Source: Adineta vaga (taxonomy: Eukaryota > Animalia > Rotifera). Taken from it: a stretch of DNA of 64,000 bases. The DNA lies in contig CP075494.1 of the NCBI GenBank assembly GCA_021613535.1, positions 12,958,001 through 13,022,000 of the forward strand. Reading direction: 5' to 3'. Shown piece by piece: positions 47,754 through 61,950 of the stretch. The first letter of the stretch is position 1; each line of letters starts with the position of its first letter. The notes below the pieces were generated by a model that saw nothing but the letters and a program-made list of their open reading frames with translations, did not search any database and had not been told where the DNA came from. Both the position numbers and the translations under genes were made by a program.

Positions 47754-48221
47754 GCTTTATTTATCTTGATCTCATGTTTTAACTAGTCAACAATGAACAC
47801 ATTTAAAACATAGATCAAGTCGTTTTTTTTATGAATAAATTCAAGTTTTTTACATAATAATTCATTCTTGCATGTCCGATAATCTGACAGATGGTACTCA
47901 AGTCTTTGTCTATAGTGAGAACATTCTTAGAACAATGAACTATAATCAAATTCTCTTTTATTTCGCTTGAGTATACAATTCTCATAAGAACAGAATGAAA
48001 TGAGAATGTGATAAATATGAAAATTAAAAAAAAAAGTAATAGATATGCTCGAATATACAATTAGTAGAAATATTATCGCACCAAAGGAATGTTGAAAAGT
48101 GTATAAAAAGAAAAGAAAAGACTGACCTCAGATTTTCGTCACTATTTCTAAGATTTTGAAGGAAAAAAGTTCACAAGAAATAGAATATCACCGAAGTTTT
48201 TAAGGAAAATATACGTTTAAT

Positions 48222-51200
48222 TCAATCTTCCTTGCTGCTAGTGGTTGTGGCATTAGTTTCTAATCGAGATAGTTCCAAAGCTTTTTGAATTGCCCAAATA
48301 CTCAATGCACGCATGTATCCACACTAGAATACAATGAATGATGACAAATGAAGTCTTATTTTATTGATACTTACGGATCGAAAATGACAATCACGCATCA
48401 ATGCTTCTGGTGTTTGAAAAGCTAAACCAGCAACATTAAAACATGTATTATAAATGCCTTCAGAGGTGAGAAATGCTTCTTTGTGAAAATTCTATGGAAA
48501 ATAAATCGTTGAAAAATCACGAATTTATATACAATTACCTCCATTATCATTGTGGATGATAAACCATAGGTAATACCAGTCCAAATTTCTTCCGATTGCA
48601 TACTAACAATTTCTAACTGTCCCGATTTGGTCATTCCATTAACGGCACCTAATTTTCCATCACCAAATTCCATGACATTCGTTTTAAAGACTGTATTTAA
48701 GACACTGTCGACTCGTTCTTTCTCAAAATCCTAACGCAAAAGAAAACATTTTTCAATTTTAATTGCCAATGAAATTTACTTCATATTTATGACCGGATAA
48801 TCGTAAATACCAAAAACCAGCTAATTGATCGGACATGATACTATCATGATGAAGTGATATACTGGAATCATAATTGTAATATTTACCATTCCATAATTTT
48901 TCTGAATAAGATTTTTTTGCTAAATTGAGCCATACTTCATATTCTTCTGCAGCATTTGTATCATTCATAATTCGACACATTTCAATACAAGCTCGAAGTG
49001 CTGCTATATGTAAACCACCACAATATGCACTAAAAAAATTCTTCAGGAGTGTACTATGATATTGAAAAAGCATGTCAATACCTTGCTCCAACAACTGTCC
49101 AGGCATCATACGTTTGATCAGCGAATCCACCATTATCAACTAAACCATCTCCATCTTTATCCTGTTTTTTCATTCGATCTGTAACAAACTACAGAGACGA
49201 GTAGTCGAATTTGATTTTTCTTTCTTATCTTACTTTGATAGTTGTCCAAATATCAGTAAGAAAATCTTTATCTTTTGTATAAATATAATCACGATAGACT
49301 TGTAATAGATACTTTGGACCCAAATCTTTCCAATCAGCTGTATCATGCGCAATATATGCATTAATCAATAACCAAGGTTCTTCATCTATGTAAAAGAGAA
49401 GTTTTACTTTTCTAAAGAAGAAAATTAATGATTAAGAGTTCTTTTACCAGGATCACCAAGATCATGTGGTACAGAATGTAATGTTTTCCATTGACCTGCT
49501 TGACCATGAAATAAATAGACTCGAGATTCAAGTTTTTCATAAATAATTGATCTAGCTACAATAATAATAATAATTGAATGTTTGTCTGTGAATGAATAAG
49601 CATTTCTTACCAAAATCAAGTTGAATACTTAATTCTAATTGTGGCCATAGTTGTATCAATGCAAATGATGCATAAAAATGAACATCATATGTGTTTACCA
49701 TACGATATTCATGACCTTGAATATCAAAAGTACAGATAGATTCTATTTGCAAACAAAGATTTGTTTACCTTCTAAATATCCATATCGACCCCATTTTCGA
49801 ACATGCTCAGGTAATGTTGTATCATCACTTACATCCAACCATATCGAACCGCCATCAGCAATAAAATAAGATTCATTAAATAGTGCACTTTTATACCAAT
49901 CTGGTAATGATCTAAAAACGAAAAGGATTGATTCGATATTTCGTTTTTTTCTAAATTAAAGTCGCTTACGAATCATCTAAAATTGGCTGTTGCCATTTCG
50001 TAATTGCTTCTTCCCACTTCGTTCGATTATTCAATGTATGAAGACAAAGAATTGATCCATTTAACGTGGATTTATCGAACCATTTTGTATACCATCTTGA
50101 GAAAAAAACGAAAGATACAATGAAATAGAATTGATTGTATGATAACAAACTTCGAATATATTTTTTGTCCAAGACCAAATTTAACTTCAGGCATATTCCA
50201 AGCCAATGCAAATTCTGATGTTTTAATTTCATGTGGTTCAACTGTTGTTGTTATACATACACAACTAGCTGTATTTAATGTTCCTATTTTTGGATATTTT
50301 GAATCTTTTTCAGTTAATCGACCATCATCGGATAAATCTAACCATACATCTTTTCCTTCAAGATCGGAATCTGTATTAAAATTTGTTCGTGTAGTTATGG
50401 TATTATCTGACTAGAAAAAGTATATTCATTGTCAAATCATTCATTTGTGAGAAATATAAACAAACTTCTTGTTTTCCTAATATACAATATTCAAGTTTCA
50501 TTTCACGTAGTTTTTGTCGAATAGATATACCCACGGCTGAAAGATCGCCATCGGAAGCTTTGACTGATTCATGTGTTATGGCATCGCAGAAGAATTCATC
50601 GGACGCTAAAATTGAAAGATATAATAGATAATATTAAAATGAAATAAATAACAAACCTGAACCAGCTTGCCATGTGAACATTATACTAACTTCTACTGGT
50701 TCATTATTTAGATTTTCAATGTACCAAACAAAGGAAGCAACTGGAAGTGATGAATCCTGAGAAAAAAAAAGTTAATGAAAAGCAAGGAAGAATATCGCAA
50801 TTCGGATTACTTTATAATCGTGTGGTATGAATGGTGAAAGTTGTTTGCATAATAATCGAATATTTTGACCAGGTAAATCATAAGTTGTCCAAGATTGTGG
50901 ATATAATGCTTGATAATGACCCTTTTCTTTTGGAAATGCACAATTCCATGCTCGTAAACCTCGTTTTCGTAATCGATTCGGTGTTAAAACTTGACAATAA
51001 GTTGTCGTATGACGACGACGAACACAAACAGTAAACTAAATGCATATTTTCACTGAACAAAATGAATTAAATATAATATAAAAACGAACTGTATTCGCTT
51101 CGACAGTATGAAATTCATAAAGACCAGGTACGAGTTGATATCGACAAAATTCACCTTTAAAACCACGTCCGATCGTTCCACAACCCAAACCACCAAGAGG

Positions 51201-51558
51201 AGCACCTATTTATTCAGAAAAAAACAATAATTCAAGAATTTGCTTGCGTTTTTTTGAATATTTTTCTTTTCTTTACCATAAATTTGTTGTAATGGAACTG
51301 GATTAATAAAATCCATATGTGCTCGTCTTTTCGCTCGCTTTAATTTATACCATACGCGAAGATATCTATGAAATATTCAATATTAATCTTTCTTCTTTCG
51401 AATTGAAAAACTAACCGCATAAATAATGGTATATATTCAACTAATTGTCGAACTCTCGGTCTTGCAAATGGTCTCCATGTTGGATCAAATTGTTTATCAA
51501 AATCGACATGCCAACCATATTTCGTTGACACAACTTTATTAAGTTGCGATGGTGTCAT
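48222..51558 (-). CDS. GBA2: Non-lysosomal glucosylceramidase (GH116), multi-exon
   Basis: [112 protein letters not shown]. Confidence 0.97.
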
Positions 51559-51641
51559 AAATAAAAGCTAATCTAAAATATGAAACAATAGAAAAAACGA
51601 ACTAGATGTACGAGCATCATCATCATGATCATCATCTTTAA

Positions 51642-53246
51642 TTATAATTTTAGATTGTATAATGACAAAACATCATTACGATAGTGTTCTAGATTTTTCA
51701 GTTCATTTTCAACGCCTTCATCATGAATACGACTGATACTTTGACGATATTTTTCGACAAGTTTTTGATTTCGATCAAGAAGTGATTTTGTATTGACTGA
51801 AGATGGATCTTTCTACAAAAAAGAAATCATAACATGGAAAAGGAACAAAGAAAAAACAAACTTCAGAAGCTTTTAAAACGTCAAGCAATCGATTACGTGA
51901 AGGACTTTCATCCCAGAAATATCGTTGCCAATCATTCTTTGCTCGTTCTTGTTCCCAATTTTCTGTTTTCTATAACAGCAAAGATAATCATTTATATTTA
52001 ATATTATTAAGCTTAGAAAGATTCTACCCAAGATTCAAAATACAATGCTGTCAATAAATATTGAGCATAATCATAATTTTGCTTGCGATATGGACATCTA
52101 AAAACACATTAAAAACTATAAATATCAAAGACAAAAAGAAAGAGAGTGACTAGCACAGCTGAATGCGCACTGAAACGAATAGTTTGATGTGTGAGGTTTT
52201 GAGTGTAAATGTATCGACGACGTTCCTTCAGAACGTGTATTGTTTCACCTGTAGACGATAGATGAAAACCAATCAATTATATTCTCTACTGTCGTTTCTT
52301 TTTTTGACATTGTTTATTTAAAACTAGAGAACGAACGAATCTTAGACAGAACGATTTCGTATTTCTCTTCTTTGTTCTTGTTTTCTTTTTGTGAATTCTT
52401 ACTTATCAGCAGTTAAAGTTAATTCATCAGCATCTGCATTGTATCTATCTCCAGCTAGACGAACGAATTTATCTCGAGCATGTTCATCTAATTCCAATTG
52501 ATCAAGTTTAAACTAAACAAAAGAATCGTTCGTGATAGAGTGAAATTTGTTTTTGTAAAGTTTACATTAACTTTCACAACACGTGCACGAGAATCACGTA
52601 TCGATGGTGTTGAATTAAGATAATCGTATGTTGTAATTTTTATTGGAAGATAATAATCACATGCTTCATCAGTATCTAATTGTTCAGGCCATGGTGTACA
52701 ATATTCTAGTCAAACAAAATATTCGTATTAAGTGAAAATCTAGGATAAACTTACTTTTAATTGCTGCACAATGTTTTTTAATATGATTAGGTGTTAAATG
52801 AAAAAAATTGGGAATTTTCATCAGTTCTGCATTGGCATATTTTTCTAGAGGTAAACCTTTGTTTTCTTTATCAGATGCAACATAACCTTGAGTTATTGGT
52901 AATGGTACAACACTTTGTTTAAATGATGCAGCTGTTGGCCATACATTTGTCCAATCTTGATCAGTTGACATACGTAAATATCGTGGTGGTAAAACCTCTT
53001 TATACTGTGGTTTTGTACGTTTTTTCATCGGACCAGATCGATTATTTTTCGTTGGATATAATTGTAATGTTCGAAATTCACCTTCCTGAGCTAAAAATGA
53101 TCATCATTTGTTTAGTATTTTTCAGATATATTTTCAAATTTACATTTTGGTCCAGTTGATCTTTGTGGTTGTCGAAATGCTCGAATGAATATCAATGAAT
53201 TATTCAAAGGTAGTTTTAATCGAAGTTTTAAAGATGTCAACGACAT
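51642..53246 (-). CDS. MRPS35: Mitochondrial ribosomal protein mS35 (multi-exon)
   Basis: [93 protein letters not shown]. Confidence 0.95.
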
Positions 53247-53370
53247 TGTGTCTTTTTTTCTATCTTATTCTAATCTACAAAGCATTTATTAAATTAAAAT
53301 GAATTGTCAACGGACGGATTAGATTGACGTATAGATGCATATTAAAATTTAAAAAAAAAGAAATACTATT

Positions 53371-54180
53371 TTACTGTATTACGCAACATATACAACGAGT
53401 AGTTGGCATTCCTGATGACAAATTAGAAACGGTATTCATAGTTACACCAGTAAACGCTGTACGACGTTGTTCCCTTAAATACAAATACACGAGATTTTAC
53501 ATTATAATAATCGTGACTTGAAGACTTACCAAATTTTTTGTAACCATTTTGATGATTGATAAAAATGTGGATCACTTAAACGATAAACTGCTCGTTTCAT
53601 TGTATAGTAATAAATAGCCGAAACTAGGAGATAAAATATATCATTTCATAGAATAAAGAAAAAAGTCAATTGTGCAATCTTACAAGTTCGTTGAATAACA
53701 TATAGAATTAACACTTCTTTTCTTGAAAAGAGTTTTTCTTTCGTTTCCTCATTTTGAAAACGTGGTAACTACGTAAATAACAAATTTCTTTTTATTGTTA
53801 AAACACAAGTTCAATGTTTACCAATATGAGTACTTGTGTTGCAGTACATAAGACAAAGTAGATAGAAGAAGTAATGATTGCAAATCGAAACATTCGAAGA
53901 AGAAGACACAATAAACCAGCTTGAGCAATATATGTTGTCAAAACCATCATCAGAAGTAAAGTTATTGAAAGAAGTATACACACATCTTGAACACTAATAA
54001 TAAAACAAAAACAACTAAATATTATTTGCCATTTACAGTCTAATTTCATACTTACATAAAAATAATTAATTGTCCATATCTTTTCTCAGCTAGATATTCA
54101 CTAGATGCATTAATACCTAGATCAATTACCAGAAGAAATATACTTAAATAAAGTAAAGTTCGATAACGAGATGGTATCAT
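53371..54180 (-). CDS. TMEM138: Transmembrane protein 138 (ciliary), 5 exons, with C-terminal extension
   Basis: RYRTLLYLSIFLLVIDLGIN..SE, VQDVCILL, TYIAQAGL, LYVIQR, YYYTMKRAVYRLSDPHFYQSSKWL; last exon ends CICCVIQ*. Confidence 0.9.
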
Positions 54181-55086
54181 CGTTGATGCTTGGGATTGAT
54201 GTGTATGCATTCTTGTTGGTTTCCTTTTTCATGAACAAAACAGGTCTTTAATATTATATTCTAATCTAGATGTAATAAGATCTTCATGAAAGAAGAATAG
54301 TGAGGATTTAATATGGAAGTTTCATTCATCAACATACATTTTTGAGATTCCAGTGCATTGCATCTGGTTGGTTACAGAACGAGAAAAACAATCCATTGAT
54401 TGAAATAATTTATCCAATCTATGACGAGCCATTCAAGTTGACGCTATATTACAGAGACATGCATTACTACTAATGCGAATCTAAATCAAAATGTAAATGT
54501 TACACTACTTCATTCAACACTTTAAGTTTAAATTAAAGTTTAGAAAGGAAAATTATCTTTATTTTCACATATTTTTCTTATTGAGAAATGAATATTGTGA
54601 TTCAGAAGATTCGAAACCTTACAAATCATTCTTCAATCAATTTCTAAACTTGATGCAACTATTAAAATGATCAGCAATCATGATTTGTTTTCGTTAATGA
54701 AAGTATAAATAACACGTACGAACAGTGACCTCTTACAAAAGCCATATCGGATATAGAGACGCAAAGTGCAAATACATTACAAACAGAGCATACATATCAA
54801 ACGACATGACACGCGAAACCCATTAGTTTCAATTTATCATACCATTGATACTAAACAAGAGTAAATGATAGATATACAATTGAGTAGAAAGAAAAACACG
54901 AGACGAAGAGCAGGACGAGCAAAATAAAGAACAAATATATGTATATTCATTTCACTCATACCTACATTAACTAATGGCTTCTTATTCTATTTGATACATT
55001 TGATTAGAACAAGTATTGTACAATTATTTACTTGTAGACTTAGTAGAATAAAATGATGATATTTTCTTTATAGATTGTAGTATAAT

Positions 55087-55801
55087 ATGGGTAATACGAA
55101 GAGTATGTCGAATAAAATACAAAGTACTGCTAATGATCGAAGACAATCACAACAAGGTATTACTGAGCCCAGTAAATTACCGGAAGTAGATGAATCAGAA
55201 AAACGATGGAAAATGTCCGAAAGAGACATTGCTTTTCTTAGTGCACAAACAGGTATGAATCATTCAGATCATATTGATATAAATCTTTCTGATTTCGATA
55301 GGTTTCACATCGGATGAAATTATACGTTGGCATAAGAAATTCTTTCATGATAATCCAGATGGTCGTCTTAATCATGATGGATTCCGTAAATTCTATCCAT
55401 TATTACGTAATGAAACACCTGAACGATTAAATGATATATGTGATCATATATTTCGTGCATTTGATGTTGATGGTAATGGTTATGTAGAATTCGGTGAATT
55501 TCTTCTCGGTTTTGCTATATCTTCACGTGGGGATCTTCGATCTCGTTTAAATTATGCATTTGAATGTTATGATTTAGATTCGAATGGTTATTTAACGGAA
55601 GATGAACTTGAAGCTGTTATTCGGGCAATGTATACATTATTGGGAATTAAACATGTTGACGATTATCCACCGGAGAAATTTGCGAAAGATTTGATGAAAA
55701 AACTTGATACATCACATAGTGGTCGTGTAACCAAAGATGAATTTATCTATTTTCTTATGAAAGATGGACTCTATAGAAATACAGTGAATCCATTTCAATA
55801 A
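55087..55801 (+). CDS. Neuronal calcium sensor / recoverin-family EF-hand protein (2 exons)
   Basis: MGNTKS myristoylation motif; TGFTSDEI..WHKKF..DNPDG.L; EF loops DVDGNGYVEFGE, DLDSNGYLTEDE, DTSHSGRVTKDE. Confidence 0.92.
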
Positions 55802-57317
55802 TTCTGTTTGTCAGATAAATACACACACACAACATGTTTCCATTGGTTGAAATGAAACTATGCAGATCGATTTATAAACTTTTATAATTGTATCAATGAA
55901 TATCGTCAACATTACGTAAATGACAAGAAATATCTGTCAGAAGATAACCTATAAGATTGAGTCCTTTCCAATGTGATCGTTGTTGAATCGATACATCATT
56001 TTCTGCTAATTCAATACCCTAAGTAGCATCTGTAGGTGAAGCTTCGATAAATAATGTATCCTGTTGATTTAATAAAAGTTCCTTCAAATATTCATTTTGT
56101 GCAAATTAAATAAAAATGAAACAAGTTTTTTTTTGTATTCGATAAGAAAAACAATGTTTTACTTTTCTTCCCAATGATCAACATCTACCCGGTGTTGTTG
56201 CTTGAAGAATGGCTTGTGAAATTTCTTCATCATTAATTAGCTCTGAAGTCAACCATAGACAACTAGATGGCATTCAGGCTTCGTCCGAAATGCGAGATAA
56301 GGTCGAAAGCATTCGTTCTCTTGACTCTCTTAGGCTTTTTAGCAGGACTCAAAATATCATATGTCTAAATGGATCTGGCGCCTAACCTTCTTCTTCAAAA
56401 CTTCGTTTTAATTGTCTCGAAAACATCAAAAGTGGAATTTGTCATTTTTACGGACGTTTTGTATGCGAATGGAAGGTCATAATTAAACTTGGAAAACTGA
56501 GGATTTTAGTTCAGTCTCGATACTTTAATCTCGTATTTGAATCATTTTTTCTGATGTTTCGTTCGTGAGATTCTGTTATTGAAAATGACAAATTGAGATG
56601 CTTAGGGACATCTAATAGCGCAACGTATTAATGAAAGTAGAGATAAAGTTTTGATTTTCATACGAATAGTGTGTACAACACTGACAGAAATATATATATC
56701 AGCTTTCTAAAGAGAATCGTTTGAGAATAAGTGTGAGAATAAATGACGTAACGCGATGATGAAAAAAGGACCACAGATGTGAGGGTGTCCTATTTCCTTC
56801 TTATTTTTCTGCGAATATGTACCTCATATACGAAAACGTTAGAATAGAATCTGGCTGATATCAGTCCAAAGGATAATCCAATCAGATTCGTTTTTTTTGG
56901 CACTATGTTTTATGAATATAACCCAATCGATCTTATTTCTATACTGAGTCATACACAAAACCATTGCACGAAAATAGTGTCTCCCTAAATAGGAAAAACA
57001 AAAAAGTTGAAGAATCGTCATCGCGTTACGAAATATTATTGGAACAAATGAATAATTTCTAAATAAAAATATCTGTATTATATAGCCCACAAAAAGTTAG
57101 CTTTGTGAGATTAGTTCTTATAAAAAAATACAAAGGTCTGATGGGCAGAAAAAAACAATAAAATAACTCTGTTTTCGACTATTCTCTACAACATAGTGAC
57201 AATGGTTTGTCAATTTGTTGATTTCGAACTTACGCCACTGGAGTGACACGTTATACGCATAACAGGTAGAGATCAAAGTTATTTGTAGAATAGACAATTA
57301 AGAACAAATATTAATTA

Positions 57318-57550
57318 TCCAAGTTCATGAATCCGACGACGGATCCTATAGAATCTTACAGGATTCGATCGGATTCCTGGTAACGGAAATCCGTTGGACA
57401 TCGACGGAAGAAAACTCAGTCACTTGCTACAAATTTGATGAACGGCGTTTTTAGCTATATTGTACAATGGCCTTATAGTCACCTATCGAATCCGTCAAAA
57501 GTCGTTTGTTGGAAACTATGGGATCCGAATATGGGACTGGTGAACCTGGG
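57318..57550. mobile_element. Degenerate MITE with CCCAG-type termini
   Basis: Left TA|TCCAAGTTCATGAATCC vs reverse complement of the right end TA|CCCAGGTTCACCAGTCC; TA on both flanks; GC-richer interior. Confidence 0.65.
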
Positions 57551-57861
57551 TAATAGAAAATAAACAATAAGAATATAGACAATTTTATTGATCGGATTCT
57601 CCATGAATAATACTCAATATAACGAAAGTAATGAGTCAAACACGAATACATACTAACAAATTGAATTCATTACACCTCGATCGATTTATGACATAAAAAG
57701 CATAGGTAAGAAAGTAAACACACGAATTATTTGATCGATATAAAGTGAATGTTCTTCTAACAAATGGAATAATCATGACATGACAGAAATAATTCATCAG
57801 TCTATACAGAACTCATTTTACCTTTACACACAAATATATTTATTAAATGAATAACAAAAAC

Positions 57862-58566
57862 TCATAATTGATCTTTTAAAACATCAAAATCTGATGATTT
57901 GTTCAGGTTATTTGTTAACTTAAGTAAATTTGAATAGTTTTCATTGATACGTTCAGTTTCTTTCCAAAAGTTCAATGATTGTATTAACTTTCCTTGAGCA
58001 GATGGTAGTGTTTGAATTTCATTTACACGAGATCGAACATTCGCATCATGCATATACATAATAATATTTATTACACATTTTAAATCATAAGTTCGTTCCT
58101 ATTGATAACGTGATGAATAAAATGAATCCATTGGTAAATTCAAATAAAAATTAAGAAGTTCATATCCGACAAATCCCAGGACGATGGTTCCTGGAAGCAG
58201 TATTCCGTTTATTTCTGGTGAAAATCTGCAAGATATCTATGTTTTCCGCGTCGGAAACCATGGGAAAGTGCTTGGAATCCTGCTGAGGGAACCGGTGATC
58301 GACTCCGACTATCGGTTATGGCAAGTTCTTGTCGGTTCCCAATAAAACTGCTTCCATGAAATCTCTAAAAGGTCCTGGAATTGGACGAATCCGGACCGGA
58401 TTGTTTGACCTGGGATGTAACTGTACCCACTAATTCTTGTGTTGATGTCGTTTCACCAACCTGATATTTGAAAGTAAAACCAAAATCAATCACTTTTAAT
58501 TGTTTAAGATCACTAGTTAACATCAAATATTGTGGACGTAAATCACGATGAATTATACGACAATCA
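57862..58566 (-). pseudogene. Protein-kinase pseudogene (C-lobe fragment) interrupted by a MITE
   Basis: CRIIHRDLRPQYLML....LKVIDFGF...ELVGTVT[MITE]FVGYELLNFY...*ERTYDLKC; N-lobe absent; stop and frameshifts present. Confidence 0.8.
58175..58414. mobile_element. 240-bp MITE, CCCAGG...CCTGGG termini, 2-bp AT target duplication
   Basis: AT|CCCAGG at 58173-58180 and CCTGGG|AT at 58409-58416; removing it restores the kinase frame. Confidence 0.8.
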
Positions 58567-60194
58567 TTTCATCTCGGTTTGATTCTTAATTCGAAATGTC
58601 TAGCGTGAATTCCATACATTGACTAAATATATTTATTATAAATACTAGAATCCTAGAGAAAAAAGAAAGCCTCTTTACTGATTTTATTAATGAAAAAAAT
58701 CATCAAGCATATTTTCAACATTGGATCGCTTCAGGTTTTACGTGATGTGATTAATACTTCTATTTACTTCGATAGCCATTTCTTTTCGATTCATTTTATC
58801 CTTAAGCAGTGAAAAAGAACTTATTTTGTTTGAATTATTTTTTAAAAAAGGAAATTTTCTAATTGCTCATCTGCAAAAAATAAGAATCTTTTCTAAGTCT
58901 TATCGAAATATTTATCCAAAAGAATATTTTCCAGACTTCTATAGAATTTCGTTTATCTTCTGTTCACTTTTGTTTGATATAACCATATGATACGTTATAT
59001 CGTTTTCCCGGAAATCAAAAAAAAACATTTTCCAAAAACTCTTGATAGTCGACGTGGTTATTCCAAACCCAATACAGAAAATTTTCGCTGAGGTGCCACG
59101 AAAGATGATGAGGTTTATGTTTTCTAGCACAGTCAAAACTATTTTCAAAAAGAATTACAAGAACTTCCCAATTTCCATTATGGCAGTCAAAAGTAAAGCT
59201 CTGCAGATCCTGTGCAATAGCTATGACAAAACTGAATTTCCCGGAAAACGCTATAACGCATCAAATCCAGAATTACGACAAAATCAAGCTCCAAGTCCAA
59301 AACTTTCTCAGATTCATTTATCGTTTATAAATACTTCGACAAGGTACAATACGGAATTATTCAAAAAATATTTTATTTTGAGCAAAAGGCCATTTATTTG
59401 CTAAAAATATAACCTCACATCAATACAATTTATGATTCCGTCAAAATTGGTTCAAAAGTTTTTATTAATGAACATATAATATTTGGCACATTATCGACCG
59501 CTACAGTTCATATCGTGTCACCAAAAAAAAATATCATTGGAAAAGGCTGCTTCTAAGAAACTAATGAAACATGTTACTTTGCTCGTTATCCAAATATATA
59601 TGAATCTTCTTAACACATTTTATTCTGTCGTTCTATTTGATTGAACTTTATGAAAAAGAATCACTTTTATATTTAATACAAATTGAGAGAGTTCTATATA
59701 AAAAACAATTATTATAAAATTACATCTCGTCAAAAAAGCAACATACTAGGTTCCTCTAATTACAATATGAACATTTTCCTAACAACAAAAGCTCAAATGA
59801 CTTGAATCGATAATATCTCATAGTAATTTCATGAATAAATGTTCAGAAAGCATCAGGTAAAGCTGCATTGAAATTTCAATCCAAAATAATTACTGTATCT
59901 AAAACCGCGGTTTTTGAACTCTACACCGCGGAGTACGAAACCGTAGTTATACAATATCAATCAAAAAGATAAAATGCTAATCAGTTAATCGTTTGCGTGT
60001 AGTACGCGATTGTTTTATTGGTTCATAATCATCTATGGTTCGTCAGTAATCAATTTCGTGCTAAAGATTCGACGATTTTCATCAATGCCACTCCATGAAT
60101 TATATGCTCGTGTTGAATTACTTGTCGACATCGATCACTGAAATCAATTTGAAATTATGAATGGCATCTTCTGACACTGTATCAAGCAATATTT

Positions 60195-60900
60195 CTACCT
60201 TCTAAGTCATCTGGTAAACCTAATCGAACATTCATCAATACATCATGTGTTTCTATCATAATTCGTTAACACCCATTTTTTTTAATTCTGTTTGTAACAG
60301 AATAACTACGTTCACATTCAGTAGAATTATAAGTGATGATATCAAATAGATAGATAATAATATTTTTATATTGTTCATGAAAAGAATTATCAAATGCTTC
60401 TTTCTATACTATAAAAAATTTCCCAAATGTTTTCTGGGATTATTTTTTCTTGGTTATTTAAATCAAGTTCACTTAATCATACCTTCATTTTTTCCCATTC
60501 AATTCGACATTGATTCATATTTAATACGAAGAAAATCAAGTTCTGGTAGACCATAAACAGATTTATCAGCCTCACTTTCCTGCTGAATTAAATAATCAGG
60601 TGCGAACAAAAGAATAAAACGTTGTTGTGCACCAGAAGATTTAAATCTTTTATCAATTTCTATAAATAATTGATTGATATGTATAAAACATTCACTTAGA
60701 AGTTTCGATTGATCACTACTAATGATTTTAAATGCACCATAGGACTGATTTTTTTCTGTCGAATTTGTATAATCATTCAATGAAGGACCAAGTATGAGTA
60801 CTGGTTCACCTTTTTCAACACCAATAAATGATAAGCTTTCATTAAAAAGTTCATTGGAATTTGATTGATCCATTACGGAACTGTTCTAAATATAAACTAA
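60195..60900 (-). pseudogene. hAT-superfamily transposase remnant (C-terminal dimerization region)
   Basis: LLSIYLIS..STECERSYSVTNRI...*RIMIET.DVLMNVRL matches the hATC S..CER.FS motif; upstream EIDKRF...LFAPDYL helical segment; stops and frameshifts. Confidence 0.7.
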
Positions 60901-61950
60901 ATGATAAAAATGAAATAATCACGAAAATGCACTGACTCGATCTCTAACAAAATGGTGAGAAAATCGGCAAGTTAATAAATAAACATAAACGGGAAATAAA
61001 GATAATAAAAAGAAAACGAATTGAATATCTTGTTCAATAAAATGAATATCAAGTTTGTAGTTCTGAATGTATAACAAAGATTCGAAATAATATAACGGAA
61101 TATAGTGACATATAAACGTGGATTTGAACAAGACGTTGAGAGAATCAACAAACCAAATGAGCAATCAGAAATAAACAGAATAACCTGTTTATCAAAATAC
61201 AATATTATCTACAGAAAAACAACAATACTCTCTATGACTAGCAGTAAACAATAAATCTTGTAGAAGAATAAACTATCTTAACTCTATCTACTAGTAAAAA
61301 TACAATAGAAGAAGCAAAAAAGTGATTTATAGATAAGCCATAATATAACTAATAAGTAAGGTACTTTCTTATTTAACAGAGTGCAGGTGAACCGATTTTA
61401 ACGAAGAAAAATATCTTACAAAGATAAATAATAATCGATTTTATGTTTCTTGTCTATTTATGCCGTCCGCATCGTCTTTTCATACATGAACACAAGATAA
61501 AATGACTTTTCTCGTCTCATATGATTACACTAACGTGTATAAACATACTTTCATTTCTCATTCACTTAATATTCATCTTAATCTAATGAACTGTTCCCAC
61601 TATTTTAAAATGATATATATTTTTTTGAGTTTCTTCTTCTCTATGCTTTTATATGATGAATGATTCTTTTGCCGGAACACAAATCGATCATTCATCAAAT
61701 ATATGTACTTTATTGTTACAAGTCTGTTGAGTGGCTATTCTTTCACACTCAACGCAGAAAAATTCTTCTTGTTGTGTTTGATACCAGCAAACATAACCGT
61801 GTAGGTCTTTTCTAGCAATACATGTCTACTACGGTGGATGATACTATCCAGTTGGTGTTTCTAAAACAGCGAGTAGAGTTTTCTCTACGCGCGCGGTTTA
61901 TTTATTTAATAGTTTTCTCTTTCTTACAGAAAAATAAAATAAAACACGAA

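Noticed and set aside
59042-59404. 120-aa ORF in the TE-rich block
   Set aside because: Non-ATG start, no domain; probably degraded repeat sequence.
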